Positions 1 to 14,600 of a DNA stretch of 64,000 nt are shown here, piece by piece. Below the pieces are notes generated by a model. The model saw nothing but the letters and a program-made list of their open reading frames with translations, did no database searches and had not been told where the DNA came from. The stretch comes from Amoebophrya sp. A120. Lineage: Eukaryota; Protista; Dinoflagellata. Location of the stretch: NCBI GenBank assembly GCA_905178155.1, contig CAJINV010000007.1, positions 686,859-750,858 on the forward strand, written 5' to 3'. The translations under genes were made by a program, and so were the position numbers. Each line of letters starts with the position of its first letter. Positions within the stretch are counted from its first letter, which is position 1.

Positions 1-1808
1 TCTTTCTTTCTTTCCTTTTCTTAGTTTTGGCCAGGTTCTTTTTGGTCTCGTATGGTAAGTTATTCGCGTAGAATCTTCCCGTTTTCGTCCTAGTAGTCGT
101 TCGAAACAAACGTGCATTTCAAGCGACCAGATTCACCACAACACAGTAGGAAACGCGACTTGTGTATGAGAATCGCCGCTCAAAGAAGCTCACGGTAGAG
201 CGAAATGATGTGACATGCATCATTACTGAACCGTTTTCGACAGCTGCAGCTCTCAGTTTCTCAACACAAAACACGACAATTTTCGGAAAATGGAAAAGAC
301 GATGTGAATTTGTGATGCAAATCCGGCGGCCTGGTGAACAAACGAAGGGGTTCGGCCGACCGGGAAATGTCCTTCGTCTTCACTTCTTCTTCTTCGTTCT
401 TCTTCGTTCTTCTCCGGAATTCGCCATGTGAGTGAATTTGCGATACAATTGGGAAAATAAATGCATTGTCGACTGTAGAGATAGTCTTACAACTACAAAA
501 GCATAAGCAACACTATCTGCATGTCCCGTTCACCTTCACTTCATTTCTCGAAGCCCAATTGCTTCCGTGAACAAGAAAATAGGTATAGACAAAAAAATAC
601 GCAAGAACGACAACATTTCGCATCACCATCAGCAATACAAATAAGTACTAGCTTTGAATATCTTGCCAGAAAGTCCCCTCTTGAGTAGTACCTCATCATC
701 AACAAAAATACAACATCCGTAACCCGTCTGATAGTCTGACCTCATCAGCACAAACAAGCGTAGCCCGTGGATTTTATTCCAGAATCGATCATCGTAAGGG
801 AGTTGTAGCCCGCTCCTGATGAAGAAGAAACTCCCAAGAAGTACTGCATTCCATTTCCAATGACTTGCAACTGCTACCCATACGACAAACAGAGGGCAGA
901 AAGCTGCACTTTCGTAAAAATCTTTATCGCCGCATGAATCAAAAGTACACTTCGGAGGAAGTATGTAGAGTTTATTTTGACTGTCCCCCAAATATATAAG
1001 GGCTACTGGGCGACTCTCATCTGTATTCACCCGAATACAAGTCGCGCTTGTGGTCTGAAAAATTTGGATCAGAAAAAAAAACACATACTTGCGCGAATTC
1101 TTTCTCGGCTTTGAGTCTGAGACCACCGAGAAGTATACTTATTGTCTGCACTCTGTTACGTCGGACGCTAACGCTTCATTTACATGTACTTCTTTTGGTA
1201 AATTCCAAACCCGTCGAACCGAAAGGCTGCTTCTAGCAGCCTCGGTGAAGTATGTGGCGGTTATTTTTACGCTGCATAACGGCCGTACGACTACGACCTC
1301 GAAGGCCTTCGCATGTGTTCGTTATTTCCTTGATCCTTTCGATTTCGTGCAAAACTCTCGACGGAGTTCTTTCGGTGCCTCTCAACATCTCAGAGACAGC
1401 AATCTTCTGCTTCCAGATCATCTAATGCCATTTACTTCCAGGTCTCCGTTTCTTTTAGGTGTCTTTCAGTTTTCCATCCACCTTTGCGAAAGGCTAAGTA
1501 AGCCGGTTGTTTCGTCGTGTCCTGCTTGTTGTGTGAAGATGGTCGGACAGCAGCTCTCTTCGTCGTTCTTTTCGTGTAGAACAAAAAAGCCAAAAGTTAG
1601 GCCGAGAGGATGATCCGGACAAGTGCTAATATGCGGCCAGTACTTCTACCATAGAATGTTGTGGACGACTTCTAAGTTTATGTGGACTATCATTTACGAA
1701 AAGCACATAGAAAATTTTAGAATATCACCGACTACATCGAAGTAGACAATCTATTCCATTTTCAATTTGAATCGCGATCAAAACTAAGAGTAAGCCAACA
1801 AGTAGTCA

Positions 1809-4204
1809 ATGGAGCCAGACCCCGAGCCTTCCTTCACGGGACCACCGGGGCCAGCGGCAGCTTCCAGGTCCACGTCGCTCGACCACGGAACCAATAGTAC
1901 AAATGGCGAGAAGAGTACAAAGAGCGTCAACCAGCAAATCCTAAAATACTCAAGCGGAGCATACAAGGAAGCAAAGAAAATCAGCAGCAAGCAGGATCTA
2001 CGCATTGCAAATATAAAAATGCCCTCGGGGTCTCGAACAAAGGTTGAACCTCTATTGCGTGTAGTTTCGCATTCGTGTAAATAAGTCTTGATCTGTTTTG
2101 CATGGGCAACACAAGCGCGACCGCTTTTGTCATGCAAAAACGCAAGCTCTAATGCGCACCAAGTGTGAGGATGGCGAAGCGTCCAAAAAACTGCACTGAC
2201 ACTGAGAAGTGCCTATGCTGAATCATCAACACACAGCATGACAGGTTTCCAGACCCAGACATATAATTCCTAATGGATAGGACCAGCTCCAGCTTTCGCT
2301 CGAGCGGCTGTCGCGGGCCTTATGAACTGCAAAAGTATCTTACTCGTCTAAATGCATGACAAATTCCCTCAGCATGAGAAATGAAATTTGTAATGCGGAT
2401 TTACCTTGACCTTGAGAAAAAAAGAAAAACTTGTAATGCATGAATGGGATTACTACGAGTACGATACTTTTGCACAGGATAGGCCTTTCAGTTTTACGAT
2501 GCGGAGCGGTGCATATCAAAACGAAAAATCCCCCCTCCCCATATCAAAGTGGAAATCTGTGATGCGGGATTTCTGTACACAAATCGGGTTTGTCTTGCAG
2601 TAGAGGACTGCAGGCAGATACAAAGCCGGAGCAGGGGCGTTTTGGTGTAGGCGCCTAGCAAGGCAGGCGTGTCCTCTGTAGGCCCCGCAGCGTTACAAAT
2701 TGCCTGCAAAACGAGGCGGAGGCTCTGGATTTGCGTTCCAGCAATACAGAGACGATTTGTGGCGACGAATCAGCATCACAAATTTGCAGAAGTATCCTTT
2801 TTTGGTATGGGGAGGGGAGATTTTTCCTCGCAATAGTGCACTGCTTCGTTTCTGAACGGGAGCAGCGAGCCGATCTGGGTATGGATTGCAAAAATGTCTG
2901 GGTCTGGGAGGATTCGAATTTGTGATGCGAAGTCTACATCCTGAGAAATTCTGTCATGCGTGGCTAGCAAAAGGCCTTTCCGAGAGAGGGGATTTGTCAT
3001 GCGGATTAGGCATTGGGATACCCGCTCAAGATCTGTGATGCTAGAGCTTACATGCCAGACGATCTGGTTCATGCAAAAACTGCATGACAGATCTCGCATT
3101 CTTCCAGACCCAGACACTTTTGCAGTTGATACTGGGTCTACAGCTACAACCGCGCGGTCGGTACTTCTGCCCCCGGATCGACAACAACGGATAACGAGCC
3201 GCATTCAAAAATGCTCTTGCATCCGAGGTATCAAATGCAAATATGTCTGGGTCTGGAAAGGTTGAACCTGTATTGCGTGTTTAGCACTGCTGAAAAATTT
3301 GTATTGCATGAGCAGCAAATAAAGCACCAGACTTTCGTCATGCAAAAACGCAGTTTGTAATGCGTCCTGCGCATGACAGAGCATGCTTTGTCATTTGTCA
3401 TGCTGCACTGCACTTAAAGGCGCGCTCAATCATGGCCGTTCAGCATTACAAGTTTCCAGACCCAGACATATTTGCATTTGATACGAGGGAAAAGTCGAAA
3501 ATATCTGCCTTTGATGGGGAGTCGAAGACGTGTGAAAGCTTCCGGGTGTGGCTATCAAACGCAAATATGTCTGGGTCTGGAAGAATTCGAATTTGTGATG
3601 CGAATTCTACATCATGTCAACATATGTCATGGTTGGCTCGCAAAAGGCTCCACTTCTTGTCACAGAAAGAAGTGATTTGTCATGCGGATTAGGCATTGGG
3701 ATACCCGTTCGAAACCTGTGCTGCTAGGGCTTCCATGCGAGCCCTTCTGTGTCATGCAAAAACAGCATGACTTCTTCCAGACCCAGACATATTTGCAATG
3801 CATAGTGGCTCAAAAACGACAAATCCTGGCTGACGAGGAACAGTGCTTGGCATTTTATATCAAATGTAAAAATGCCTGGGTCTGGAAGGTTGGAACTTGT
3901 GATGCTAACTTTGGATTCTAAAAAAATCTGTATTGCATGACCAGCAATAGGAGCCCAGTTTGTGCTACGCGGGGAGGCCATTTGTCATGCGGGATAGGCA
4001 TCAGGAAGGCCTCTAAAAATATGTGATGTCAGATCATGCATTACAGACATCCTGAGTCATGTAGAATATGCATGACAAACCTGGCAACCTTCCAGACCCA
4101 GACATTTTTGCATTTGATATTTTAACATCCTGAACCAAAAGGAATACGTCGTTTCCGCGCCAGACAAGATCGGACTAGCGGGGCAGGCACAGTCGTACTT
4201 GTAA
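1809..4204 (+). CDS. Hypothetical protein (~190 aa), 8 exons split by 7 introners
   Basis: ATG 1809. Removing each element plus one 5-bp DR gives a continuous frame (..KQDQLQLSLERLSRAFQFYDAERCTASF..WVYSYN..WLKNDKSW..FNILNQKEY..SYL*). TAA at 4202-4204. No family recognised. Confidence 0.75.
1999..2279. mobile_element. Introner, family A (degenerate)
   Basis: DR GGATC/GGACC; right TIR TTCCAGACCCAGACAT. Confidence 0.7.
2321..2481. mobile_element. Introner, family C
   Basis: TIR TATGAACTGCAAAAGTATC / GATACTTTTGCACAGGATA; DR GGCCT. Confidence 0.9.
2514..2835. mobile_element. Introner, family B
   Basis: TIR TAT..GAAAAATCCCCCCTCCCCATA; DR GTGCA. Confidence 0.9.
2880..3131. mobile_element. Introner, family A
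   Basis: TIR ..TGCAAAAATGTCTGGGTCTGG; DR CTGGG. Confidence 0.9.
3229..3483. mobile_element. Introner, family A
   Basis: Perfect TIR TATCAAATGCAAATATGTCTGGGTCTGGAAA; DR CGAGG. Confidence 0.93.
3553..3804. mobile_element. Introner, family A
   Basis: TIR; DR GTGGC. Confidence 0.9.
3858..4119. mobile_element. Introner, family A
   Basis: TIR; DR TTTTA. Confidence 0.9.
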
Positions 4205-5359
4205 TCTTCAAGGATGAGGATCTAGTTTTTGGGAAATATTACGCATTTATAAAAGATAAAGAGGAACAAGCCGCAGGTCGATAGATGATGGCTTGTGGAC
4301 GTTATCTTCGAAGTAGTGTAGAAAGCGAATGATAAATAGCACGTCTTCTCGACAAGGTGCTGCTGAAGAGGCGCGAGTGTCGTCGTCGTAATTCGTTCAA
4401 TGATTGTTCTTTCCTCCCCCCATTACCCGCACCGTCGGTCTTCGGCCTTTTTGTTGTCTACAGAAATAATGATCAGATTACGGAAGAATTCTTGCGGACT
4501 TTTGAATGCTTGGAAGTACAGGTCCGACATCAAATAGACGTGCAAAATCGCGAGATACTCGTGCTCGGCTGAAAGGAGATCCTAAAATCTAATCTGCGAA
4601 GATCACTTTTTACACCTGGGTTCTTACCGCTCGTCTTTCCGCGGAGTCTCGGCACAAAAATGTTCGAAAAATTATTAGCAATCACAGTTCACGAGTTTTT
4701 CTGTAAATGTGGTTCACGGATGCAACACAAGAGTTTGCTTCCGAAACTTCTTCGATCGCCAAGAAATAATTGGCCAAACGGTCGTAGTGGTCACAATCAC
4801 AAAATCGCCCAGATTTCATTACAAACCCTGAATTTCCGACAAGAAATTGTGATCCTGGTGTCCCCGATTCGTATTCTTCTCGACCCATTTGTCAAAACGA
4901 ACTAACTCCTTAAAAACAGAGGCGCAAATAACATTAGGATTGGGAGGATATCTTAAATAGATAGAACCCGTAACCGTGTAAATAGTGCCTTTAGAAGTTT
5001 TTATCTACCTGTGTTTGTACGTAGTGGCTTTGCTTGTTCTGAACATCATATGTAGTAGCTCGTAGTGTTGTGTTTCACTTTCACTTTTCTCCAGATCTAT
5101 CTGTTGTACAACGTGTATTTATCTGAAAAAAAAATTCGCTCTAACTTGCATTTTCATGATATCTATTGTTCGTTTTAGACAACGTCCTCGCACGACCTTT
5201 GATATGAGCACGGTCGTAGATAGCACCCAACATTGTATACGTATTCGAAATCGTGTCCTTCAGGTAGTTTGAATGTCGTCTAATGTGCTTTGTAATCTAG
5301 AAGCTCTTTGATTTTCAAACTTTACATCTGCACTGTCTCCAAGAATAAATTGCGAGAAA

Positions 5360-8178
5360 ATGGCGATCTTTGGGAAATGCCTGAAGTTGTTGCACGGTGC
5401 CTGCACTGCCGGTTACCGGGGTGGCAGCCAAGCCGTCGTCGTCGATCCAGCAGCCATGACGGGAAAAATTTCAGCCACGTCTGAGCCTGTGCTGGTGGAG
5501 CCGAATGCAAATGATAAAAACGACGCCCGCGATGATGACCGTATCTCCATCTGCTCCACGCACTGTGGAAGCGACGATGACCGCTCGAGTGTGGCAGGAT
5601 CGTGGTCTCCTACTTCTTTATCGGAGGACCTCCAGGAGGGACCACAAGAACTACGGGAGCTGCACGATGTCGAGTTCATCTCGCACGGTTTTTCGGAACT
5701 CGGGGACGAGAAGGTCGGGTGTTGCGCAGCAGCGCCAAGACACAAGGTGGATGATGTAGTTCTCAGGGAGCACGAGCACGAAGATGCCACAGAGCAAGAC
5801 TCTGTCCATCACGAGGGTGTTGCCCGACCGGCTTTCTTCGCGAATCAAGATCCTTTGGAAGAAGTAGGCCAAGGTCTTGAAGAGGGCAATATCAAGAGTC
5901 CTGTCAAGACGGTTGACTTCGTCGAAGAGGCGATTCATGCGAGTAATTCGACCTCGGCCTCGCCGTGCAGTTCGCATGAAGACCAGGAAAAGACTTCGCT
6001 CTGCTGCCAAGACGAAGGGGGTCTTGCGCGTGTTGGTATTGATAACAACAACCCAGATGAAGAAACCGCATCAACATTGCAGCGCAATATCAACAACGAG
6101 TGGCACGTCACTTTATCCGCCCCGATTGTCAACCCGGCGGACAAGATTGAGGGGAGGAGGACGACTCCTCGTCCTGGGACAGCTGTTGACAAGGAAGAGA
6201 AAGACCAGAAATCTTCTGTTGCCGGAAATCTTCTGTCGCTTGGAACAACTGCCGCTCCGTGCTGTGGTCCCCTCCTCTGGTACTTCGATTTGGCCACGCA
6301 GATTGAGAAGGCCAGGGACAAATTGTCCGTTGACTACAAGGAGCTAACTATGCTGAGTAAAAACGGGGCCCACACACCAGAGTCAAGATGGGAAACCTGC
6401 TAGACAAATCACACAGCTTTGGTTGTTTGGCATGACAAGTTTGCCATCGTAGTGTGGTCCTGTTTAGGTAGCTCAGAAGGAGCATCACAGACCTAGCATA
6501 GCACGTTGATCCTAGCATCACAAATCCCAAAACACGAATAGAAAATGCTTCTCATGGGGCTCCCCAGGAGAAACTTTTTTGGCATGCAGAATTGCATGGC
6601 AAGGGCAACTCTGGGGTGGGGACGTTTTTACACAGGATACTGACGCCCAAACTGCGAAAATCCTGCTGCTCCCGCAAGTCTATCGAGGAGCTGATATTGG
6701 AAGCGCAGAGAGAACAAGAGGAGGAAATGGAAAGTCTGCTGGACCACGACAGCACGGGGCTTCTTTCTTTCGAAAAGAAATCTCCTTGTTGTCGCGCGAG
6801 GACCACCAGGTCTCCTGTCGGGAAGATGAAGAAGAAGACCGCTGCGAAGAAGAAAATCGAGGTGGTTGTCGAGGAGTTTGACACCAGTGTCTTGCGTGCG
6901 CTGGAGGAGGCCTCAGCCTCACATCAAGAACCTGTTCTTGTGGCGCTAACAAAACAAGAGACGAAAGTGGACGAGAGCTCCTTTGAGAAGGAGCCTACTG
7001 CCGAGCAGAGAGATCACGACATTCCCGTAAACCCGCTTGAAGAGATTTGGAAAAAGATCACTTCAAAGATGAGAATGACGATTCTCCCGGATATGCTGCA
7101 GACGAATCAAGCGTACTGTTCGAGGATCACGCTAGGCGGCAATAATAGTGAAGATCTTCCCCCTGCTCCGTCTACAACGTCTACTGATCCCCTTACAACT
7201 CCGTCTACAACTTCGCTAACATCCGATAACTTTACGGAACTTTTGAAGGCCACACGAGGATCATTTCAGGGGTCCTTGGCATCGCCTCGTCGCACAGCGG
7301 TGCAGAAGGATATGCGGAGAGGGAGTGTTCGTCGTGCTGGAAGTTGTAGTAGTATCCTGAATAAAGGCAGCAAGTGCAAAAATGCGACTACAGCGCAGCG
7401 ACCACTTCGCTCGGCGCTGAAAAAGGCCAACTCGCTGGACAGCTTTTTTTTGGATATAAAGGAAAGCGATGAAGATGGTAGGAGCCCAGCGGAAAATAGA
7501 AGTCTGGAAAACAAATCTTGCAGATTCGGGTCGCCGGACGAACAATTCTTCGGCGGGTGGGAAGAAAAAAGTCCTCTTCACACGTCCTCGTCGGAAAGTT
7601 GCAGTACACCTGGGCCTCGAACTCCAAAAGTCGCGCGATTCGCCTCGGAAATCCAGCACGTCCACGACGAGCTGGCGCCCTTTGCCAGCGGAGAGCTCGA
7701 GTTTTCGGTGAAGCTCCCGTGGAAAAAGTTCGGGGAAAGCCTGTTCGCGGAGCTTGTGGAGTACAAGGTTTATCGCATTCCGGTTTTCATGCAAAGCGGG
7801 TTGGAGAACGAGAAGGACGACGAGCGGGGCCGCGAGGGAAATTCCGATGTTGACCCCCTCGAGGAGGAGGAAAATAAAACGGAGTTCCTGGTCAGCTTGC
7901 ATGTGCCGGAGCTGGATGAAGTTGAAGGTGAAGGTCGACAACATGATCTTGCTCTTGGAGCTGCTACTGATAAACGCACGACCCGGCACGACGGCAACAA
8001 AATCCCCTCCGTGAAACGCACCCGCAAGCATTGGATTCGGGTGACCAGGGAGGTGGGGCAGGAAGACATTACTGACATCAAGAGCGACATGATGAAACGA
8101 CGCCCGAATGGAAGACGAATCGTGAAGATGACCCCGTATTTCACGAGTTTGAAAACGGAAACGCCGATAGTTCAATGA
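5360..8178 (+). CDS. Hypothetical low-complexity protein (~840 aa), 1 introner; C-terminal motifs shared with the gene at 11658
   Basis: ORFs 5360-6403 and 6592-8178 join in frame (..YKELTPKLRK..) once 6349-6644 is removed. Confidence 0.75.
6349..6639. mobile_element. Introner, family D
   Basis: Right end GGGGTGGGGACGTTTTTACACAGGATA; DR CTAAC/CTGAC. Confidence 0.85.
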
Positions 8179-11100
8179 CCACAATCTTCGGGGGAACTTC
8201 TGTCTAGGACGCATAATGTGAATTCGAAGACTGCATCAAGTTCTTTGCCGAGGAGGTCATGTTGTGGAAGCGGGGAGACATACTAGACGGGATGTGACGT
8301 TTGTGCCCGCAACAGGCTATTTCGAAAGATCTTACTTACTGTCCCGACCGCCCCAGGCCGGTGCTGCTGATCTTTTCTAATTAGTTTATCGAAATTCCGC
8401 TCGTACACAGATTGCTAAAACCAAAAAGAAGATCCATGATGATAAAGCACTACCCCGCTCTTTCAGATGTCGCACAACTCCGAAAATATTCGAATGGCTG
8501 TATAATTTTACAGTTTGCAGGAATAGCAGCAAAACCGCGAGCAAGGACCCAGTCCTGTTCGCCCACAGTAGAGCAGACTAACTCTGCACGACTTTCTATT
8601 GGCCTGCTCTATCGTAAATCGATAGAAGAAGAAGTCACCGTATGGCTTTGTCTTCTTCAACAACCGGAACCGAAACAAAACCAAGTTAACCTCTTTAGAA
8701 ATCCGAAACTAGTACGCGCAGAAGTAATTATGGGAAAAAGGAAATCGACACAAAGAGATGAAACGTTTCAAAAATTAGTATGGCAAGAAGTCTCCCCGAG
8801 AAAAAGAAGTACAGAGTGGTTTGTTGTTTTCTGTAGAATTGGATTGAGTTGTCAGAAATAATGTTGAGCTCTGGATGAAGATATTCACCTTTCACCGTGT
8901 TTCTGTTTAATCTGAAGCAGTATCCTGTTATGACGTTTTAACTATACTAGAACTTCACTTGTTGTAAAAATAGAAAAGCACGAGGATGAAGATAGATACA
9001 GCGCAAGAACTTGTAGAACTTTGGCACGCCATCGCCATTGCACGTAGCAGAAAAAATAGAACTACTCTATAAAACTAAAAAAAAAGCACTGAAAGAACAC
9101 TAAGTAGCGTGAAGCTATTTTTCTCGATCCGAACTAGGATCTGCTTTACTCGGATCTGACAAATTATCAGGATATTTCCGCTTGGATAGACAGTTCCTCA
9201 ATGTGGCAAGTGTCACCGAAGAAAAAGTTATTTCGAAAATCCTATGGATATGCACTAGTAATATGTATCAGCGACAATGTGTATAATAGTAGTTTGTCAA
9301 CATCATAACGACATCCTTTTCTGTGCACCAGCAGAGCAAGACAGCCGCACCGGATTTGGAAGCGACTTGGCGCTGCCTGAGCTGTTGGCACAGAGTGCAT
9401 GGCAAGAGGCGCACGCGCTGATGCAGTACTGCGTCAGCAACCAGTAGCATAGCCGAGAAGCAGAAGACTGCTCCTGTAGAATCATGCTAGAAGAGTATAG
9501 TAAAAAAAATAAAAAAGTCGCCGCGGCGGCCCAGGGCCACTGCCGAGGCATTTGCGCATGTGCAAGATTGCAGCAGCATCGTTCTTGTTTCCGACTGCAC
9601 AGGATGTGGAACAAGGCGGTGTGAATTTAATTTGTCAGAAGCATTGAAGATTTTTTTTTCCGCAAAAGAACAAATTCCCATAGAGTGGTGAAAGACGCAG
9701 CAGTAAGTAACACAGCATATTAGTGTACAAATAGAGCCAGGACGGGGGCTGTTAGAAGATTTGAACATTGAGTGCCACATGACATTCATCGGCGATTTTA
9801 TTTTGCCAGTAGTATACATAGAGATAGAAATCAACATCATAGAACTAGATGAAGTAGATGTGTCTTGTCCGTACGAACAAAGCCCGCACTGAAGACCGTG
9901 AAAACAACAAGGAGGAATACGCTATAACAGGAGCCACAGCAAATTCTTGAGGATGAATTTCTTCGGCGCATGATGAGAGAGAAGGAAAAGTCCTGTACGT
10001 ATGCTGTAATTACTACAAGTAAAAAAAAAGAAAATATCTCCCGATCATAAGTCGCTTCCTATTGAATAGGAACAGGATGATCGCGGTTCTGGTTAGATTT
10101 TTTTACAAAGTAGAGGAGGACGAGGACGAGGAGGTCCTGGTCCAACTCCGAGTGCAAGTTGGCACAGAACAGAAAGACCGTCCACGTGGTTTACATCAGG
10201 GTCTTTTCAGTAGTGCCATTGCTCCAGCATCAGCAATAGACTAAGAAGACTACTACAGCGACACTCCAAAAAAAGGGCAAAAATCAGAAGACAGTCATCT
10301 TGAATTCATGATTTTTTTCCATGTATGATGTTGTAAAAGAACTTGGGGGTGAAGCTGCTGCTGCAGCAGCCTGCTCTTACCAAGAACTGAAAGATCCCGA
10401 CAAAAATCATGTCACCACAACCGGCAACCACACCCAGCACCGTTGGTGCCTGCCGTGTGTGAAACTTCTACGCAGGAGTACAACCCCTTGTACGGGTGCT
10501 GCGGCCTCGGGATTTGGTTTCTGTGGCTACCGAAATAAAGTGTTCATCGCGCACTATGGGCCGAGCTTCAGAAATGAACCCTCCTCTTGGCAACTGTACA
10601 AGTTGTAAGATATGCGAGCGATGGTTCGATGTCCATGCAATGCGAGTACCACTCTTCTAGAAATTTGGAGAGTTGGATGAGAAAATGCTAATGTCGAAGA
10701 TCCTATCAAGAATCTGAAAGTCACTCTTGATCTACTTCTTCACAGTACTACTTTCACTGAAAACAGATAAACAGATCGCCTAAAAAGTTTCCCTTGATCC
10801 TTCTCGAAGGGTTTTGGTTCCTGTCGCATTTACGAAAATGTTTTTTCCTGATCTACAAAGAGGACCTAAAGTGTTGAAAATCACCCAGATCTGACGACCA
10901 GACCGAGATCCTGTTTGTTCCTGCCTGTTCCGCACGATCATTTTTTCTGCACGATCGAGCGGCTTGTTGTCTTTCTTGCTGTATTTTTTTTTCAATGCAT
11001 TTGCGGTCTTTTCCTTTTCAAAAATTTTTTTTACAGTGACAACCTGCTCCATGGCTTTTGGTCTATGAATAGATCATATTGGAACAACAAAAAGTGACTC

Positions 11101-11657
11101 GACTCTTCGTATTCAGTATCTTCTATGACGTACCAGTATCTTCATTGTAGTAACAACTTATTCATACTCGTAGTATCAAGATCTCCCTGCAAAACAACCA
11201 GTTTATACCAGGGTGCTGCTACTGAGTATTTTCTTCATGATCTGAGTATTCTCTTCATATCTAGTCCGTACTAAGCATATCGACGACCGCAGTCTCGACT
11301 GCACAAACTAACAACCCGGAGCGCTTGAAGTGCTTTCGGTATAAAAATTGTAGCGTTGCCTTATCTTCTACTTCTTCAAAAGAGGAATTATACCTACAAC
11401 AACTTCACTTCTAAGTACAGTAAAAACGATATCGGACCAAATAGCGGGTTTCGAATTCGAACAAGAACGCCAACGTCTTAGCTCCTGCAAGAGCAAGAAG
11501 AAATCTGTCATCACACACGGCGCAGCAAAGTAGCGAGCACATCAGGGGTAGTTCAAAGTATACCAATCTCTGCTCTCCGCGGAAGGGCGGCGTTTTTCGA
11601 TACTTTGCGATTGCTTTGCCTCGCAACAAGTCGTGACCAAACGGTAGTGCGAGAATC

Positions 11658-14600
11658 ATGAGCGGTTTTATAATTCCCACACTCCTTTCCCTGCTGGTCC
11701 AGCTTCAGCTTGCCGGATTGCAGAAGGAATCATGGGGCTTACAAATGGAATTGACTACATCCTGCCGCACCACCTTTTTCTGCGGTGCTGGAGGTGATGC
11801 AGCGATGAAGCCGGGAGACGATGACGATCAAGCTATTTTCACAGCCGCATTAGGGCAGGGCGATATATTTCGAGAAGACCCCGAAGCTGAAGAAGCGGTG
11901 GTCGAGATTAATAAGAGTCCGGCGGTCCAGCTCATGATGGCAGGAGGAGCTAGAGTAGTGAAGAAGCCCATCACTCGTCCACCCGAACAAACTCGAGGTG
12001 GAGCTGCCCACCGTGAACCAGTGGGAGATTCTTGTGCTAGTATTCTTGCAAAAACTACATCCATCGAGCTGAGTCTCCCCGTGGACAGACAGGCCGGGAT
12101 GGACGCTGCGAGAATTGTCGAAAGCCGAGCAGTATCAAATGCAAAAATGTCTGGGTCTGGAAGATTGCTAGCTTTGTCATGCAGTTTCTCCAAGCTCCGC
12201 CAAGTCTGGAATGCAGAACCTAGCATCACAGGTTCTGCAGCCCCTTGGTGATGCCTGTCCTGCATGAGAAATGCCCTCTCAGCGTGACCAGAAGTGGGCA
12301 GCTTTTCCGAGTCACGCAATACAGATTTGTGTATGATCTGCAACATGCATCACAAGTTCGCATCCTTCCAGACCCAGACACTTTTGCATTTGATAAGCAG
12401 ATGCTCAGAGCCGGGCCTGGAGGATCCGTGCTATGAAGAGGAACACTAAAATGAAACAAATTCGGGTAGTACGGCGACATGGTCAGCAGCAGCGAGGGCC
12501 GCGAGATGATGGTGGTGGTGCCTCTTGCGATGAGATTATCTGGGACGATAGAGACGCTGCTGCCGCGACTTCGTTCTGCTTTGGACCTACACGAGTGGTA
12601 GGTTCTCTGACCCGTCGTGGTGCCCACGCGGTCGCAAAGAGGCTTGTAGTTCCGATAGGTAAACTTCGAAAGAGGTCGACCCCGGGTGGTGCTAAAAAGC
12701 AAGCTTCTAGTGAAACCTCCTTCCAAGTGATTCAGCCAACCACTCGTGGGAAACCACAAGGACAAGCCGCGATGTCCATGTCATCTTGTGCGGCGGGCAC
12801 TGGAGACGGTCCTAGTGGCAAACAAGCTGAAGGTGAAGCAGCAACACCGGAGCTGTCGACATCTGGTTCTTGTTCCCCGACCACCTCTGCCGGCGCGGAT
12901 TTCACAGTACAGCAAGCTGTAGAGTTTTACAAGAACTTGGTGAGCAAGGTCGAGGAGATGGCGTCGCGAACAAAGATCGAGGACGGAAATAGTGCGGGAC
13001 AACAGGTTGGCGAAGGACCACCTTTTCCGTCCGCTCATGTGAATGCTACACCAGTACATTTTCACGCGCCCTCGCCCGCAACCAGGCCGGCGGAAGGTTT
13101 GTTGGGACAGCCGCGCCTCCAGGGCCTGATGAATGATCGGAGGTTGTTCAGCAAGGGTTTGATTCCCACCAAGGAAGATGAAGATAATAGCTCCATACTC
13201 TACTTCGAAACCTTTGACCACAGGGAAGAGGCAGGAACGGCAACTGCAGACGACGACGACCAGGTTCGAGGACCACATCAACAAACGGACACTCATGTGC
13301 TGTTCGATACAAGCCCGGCGCAGAGTTCATTATCCACCGACACGCATCCGAATCTGTATGAAAACTTGTTCCAAAACGGGAAATCCACTTTGGTTGTGGA
13401 AAAGCTGTGGGAAGTGATTCAGCATGAGGAAAGAAAATTGGAATTATCGGAGAGGGAAAGAACAAAGAGAAATACTAAAAAACTCCTTTCGCAGGAGCTC
13501 CCGGCAACGACCGTTGTGACGGCTGCAGCTGCTGTTCCTGCTCCTTTCCCGCCCCGCCCGTCGCAGCTCAGTCAGCAGTCGACCGCGTCGTCGAGTGGAG
13601 CGGGTGGCAAAGAACGGGCGCAGACGGATCTTGAAACGGGAGCCGCGTCAGGAGTGTCCTCTTCCGCACGATCGTCGAGATGCTTTTCTTCCGAAGAAGA
13701 TGGCAGTGTTATTAACGCGCCGCTCCCTACTTACGCGCCGGCTACTTCCACTCGTGTGCCGCTGCCTCCTGCGCAACTGCGGCAGGATTTGCTTTTTGCG
13801 GCTCCTTCGGCGCGGGGGACCCAGCATGTTGACTCAAAGCGAGAGCATCCACACGGAGTGGTCAGCGCACAGTTGCACGGAGGTATCGGAACAAACTTTT
13901 CCGCTTTCGATGGAGAGGAACCGTACCCGGATGATGTTTTCGCCGCCCCGGTGGGGACGAGGTCTCAGCACGGTCGATTGTCGTTCCCGAAAAGAAATGA
14001 ACAGAAGGATTTGCAAGCAGCCAAAAGCCGAACGCCGAGTTGTAGCCACGGCCGCCGCCGTGCCCGGTTTTCCCCGACCGTGACACAGCGGGAAGACAAA
14101 ATCATCGCAGGTACTACTACGGTTGTAGAGGACTCTTCATACGTGATGCCGGAAGTGTTTCGCCCGGAGGGGAGTCATCTGAAGGAATTACTCACGCCGA
14201 GAATCACTGTCGCTGTCAAGTACGCACACGACCTGCAAAGGGTAGATGTGGAGGAAGGACTGGAGCGGCAATTGGCGTTCGCTCTCAACTCGAAGCTGCA
14301 GATGCCAAAAAAGGCTTTATCCACTTCTACGGGAGGTCGTGCTGATGAAAACTACGAAAAAGTACTTCTAAAAGATGATGAACAGCAAGCACAACCACTC
14401 CCTGCTTGGCTCCGACCGGGGATGATGATCGGAGACGGAAAGAAGAACGAAAAGGCCGGCGAACTGTACTCGGCTTACGTGGTTCACGAAGACATTTATC
14501 AACCACAACAGGACTCTGCCGCTGTTCCACCGCCTTTTATTTTCCAAGATCTGCTCAACAAGATCGAAAGTGACGAACAACCAGCACAGACGAGCTCCAG

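Noticed and set aside
162-1613. ORFs of 60-174 aa at the window start
   Set aside because: No recognisable motifs or exon structure, so a gene cannot be supported.
3229-3483. TA target duplication (Tc1/mariner-type MITE)
   Set aside because: The TA belongs to the constant TAT..ATA termini. The variable 5-bp DR outside it is the real duplication.
2880-4119. Regularly spaced repeats resembling a CRISPR array
   Set aside because: The repeats are inverted pairs, the intervening pieces are in-frame exons, no cas genes are present and the context is eukaryotic.
8412-11100. Short ORFs on both strands
   Set aside because: No homology or coding pattern visible; treated as intergenic.
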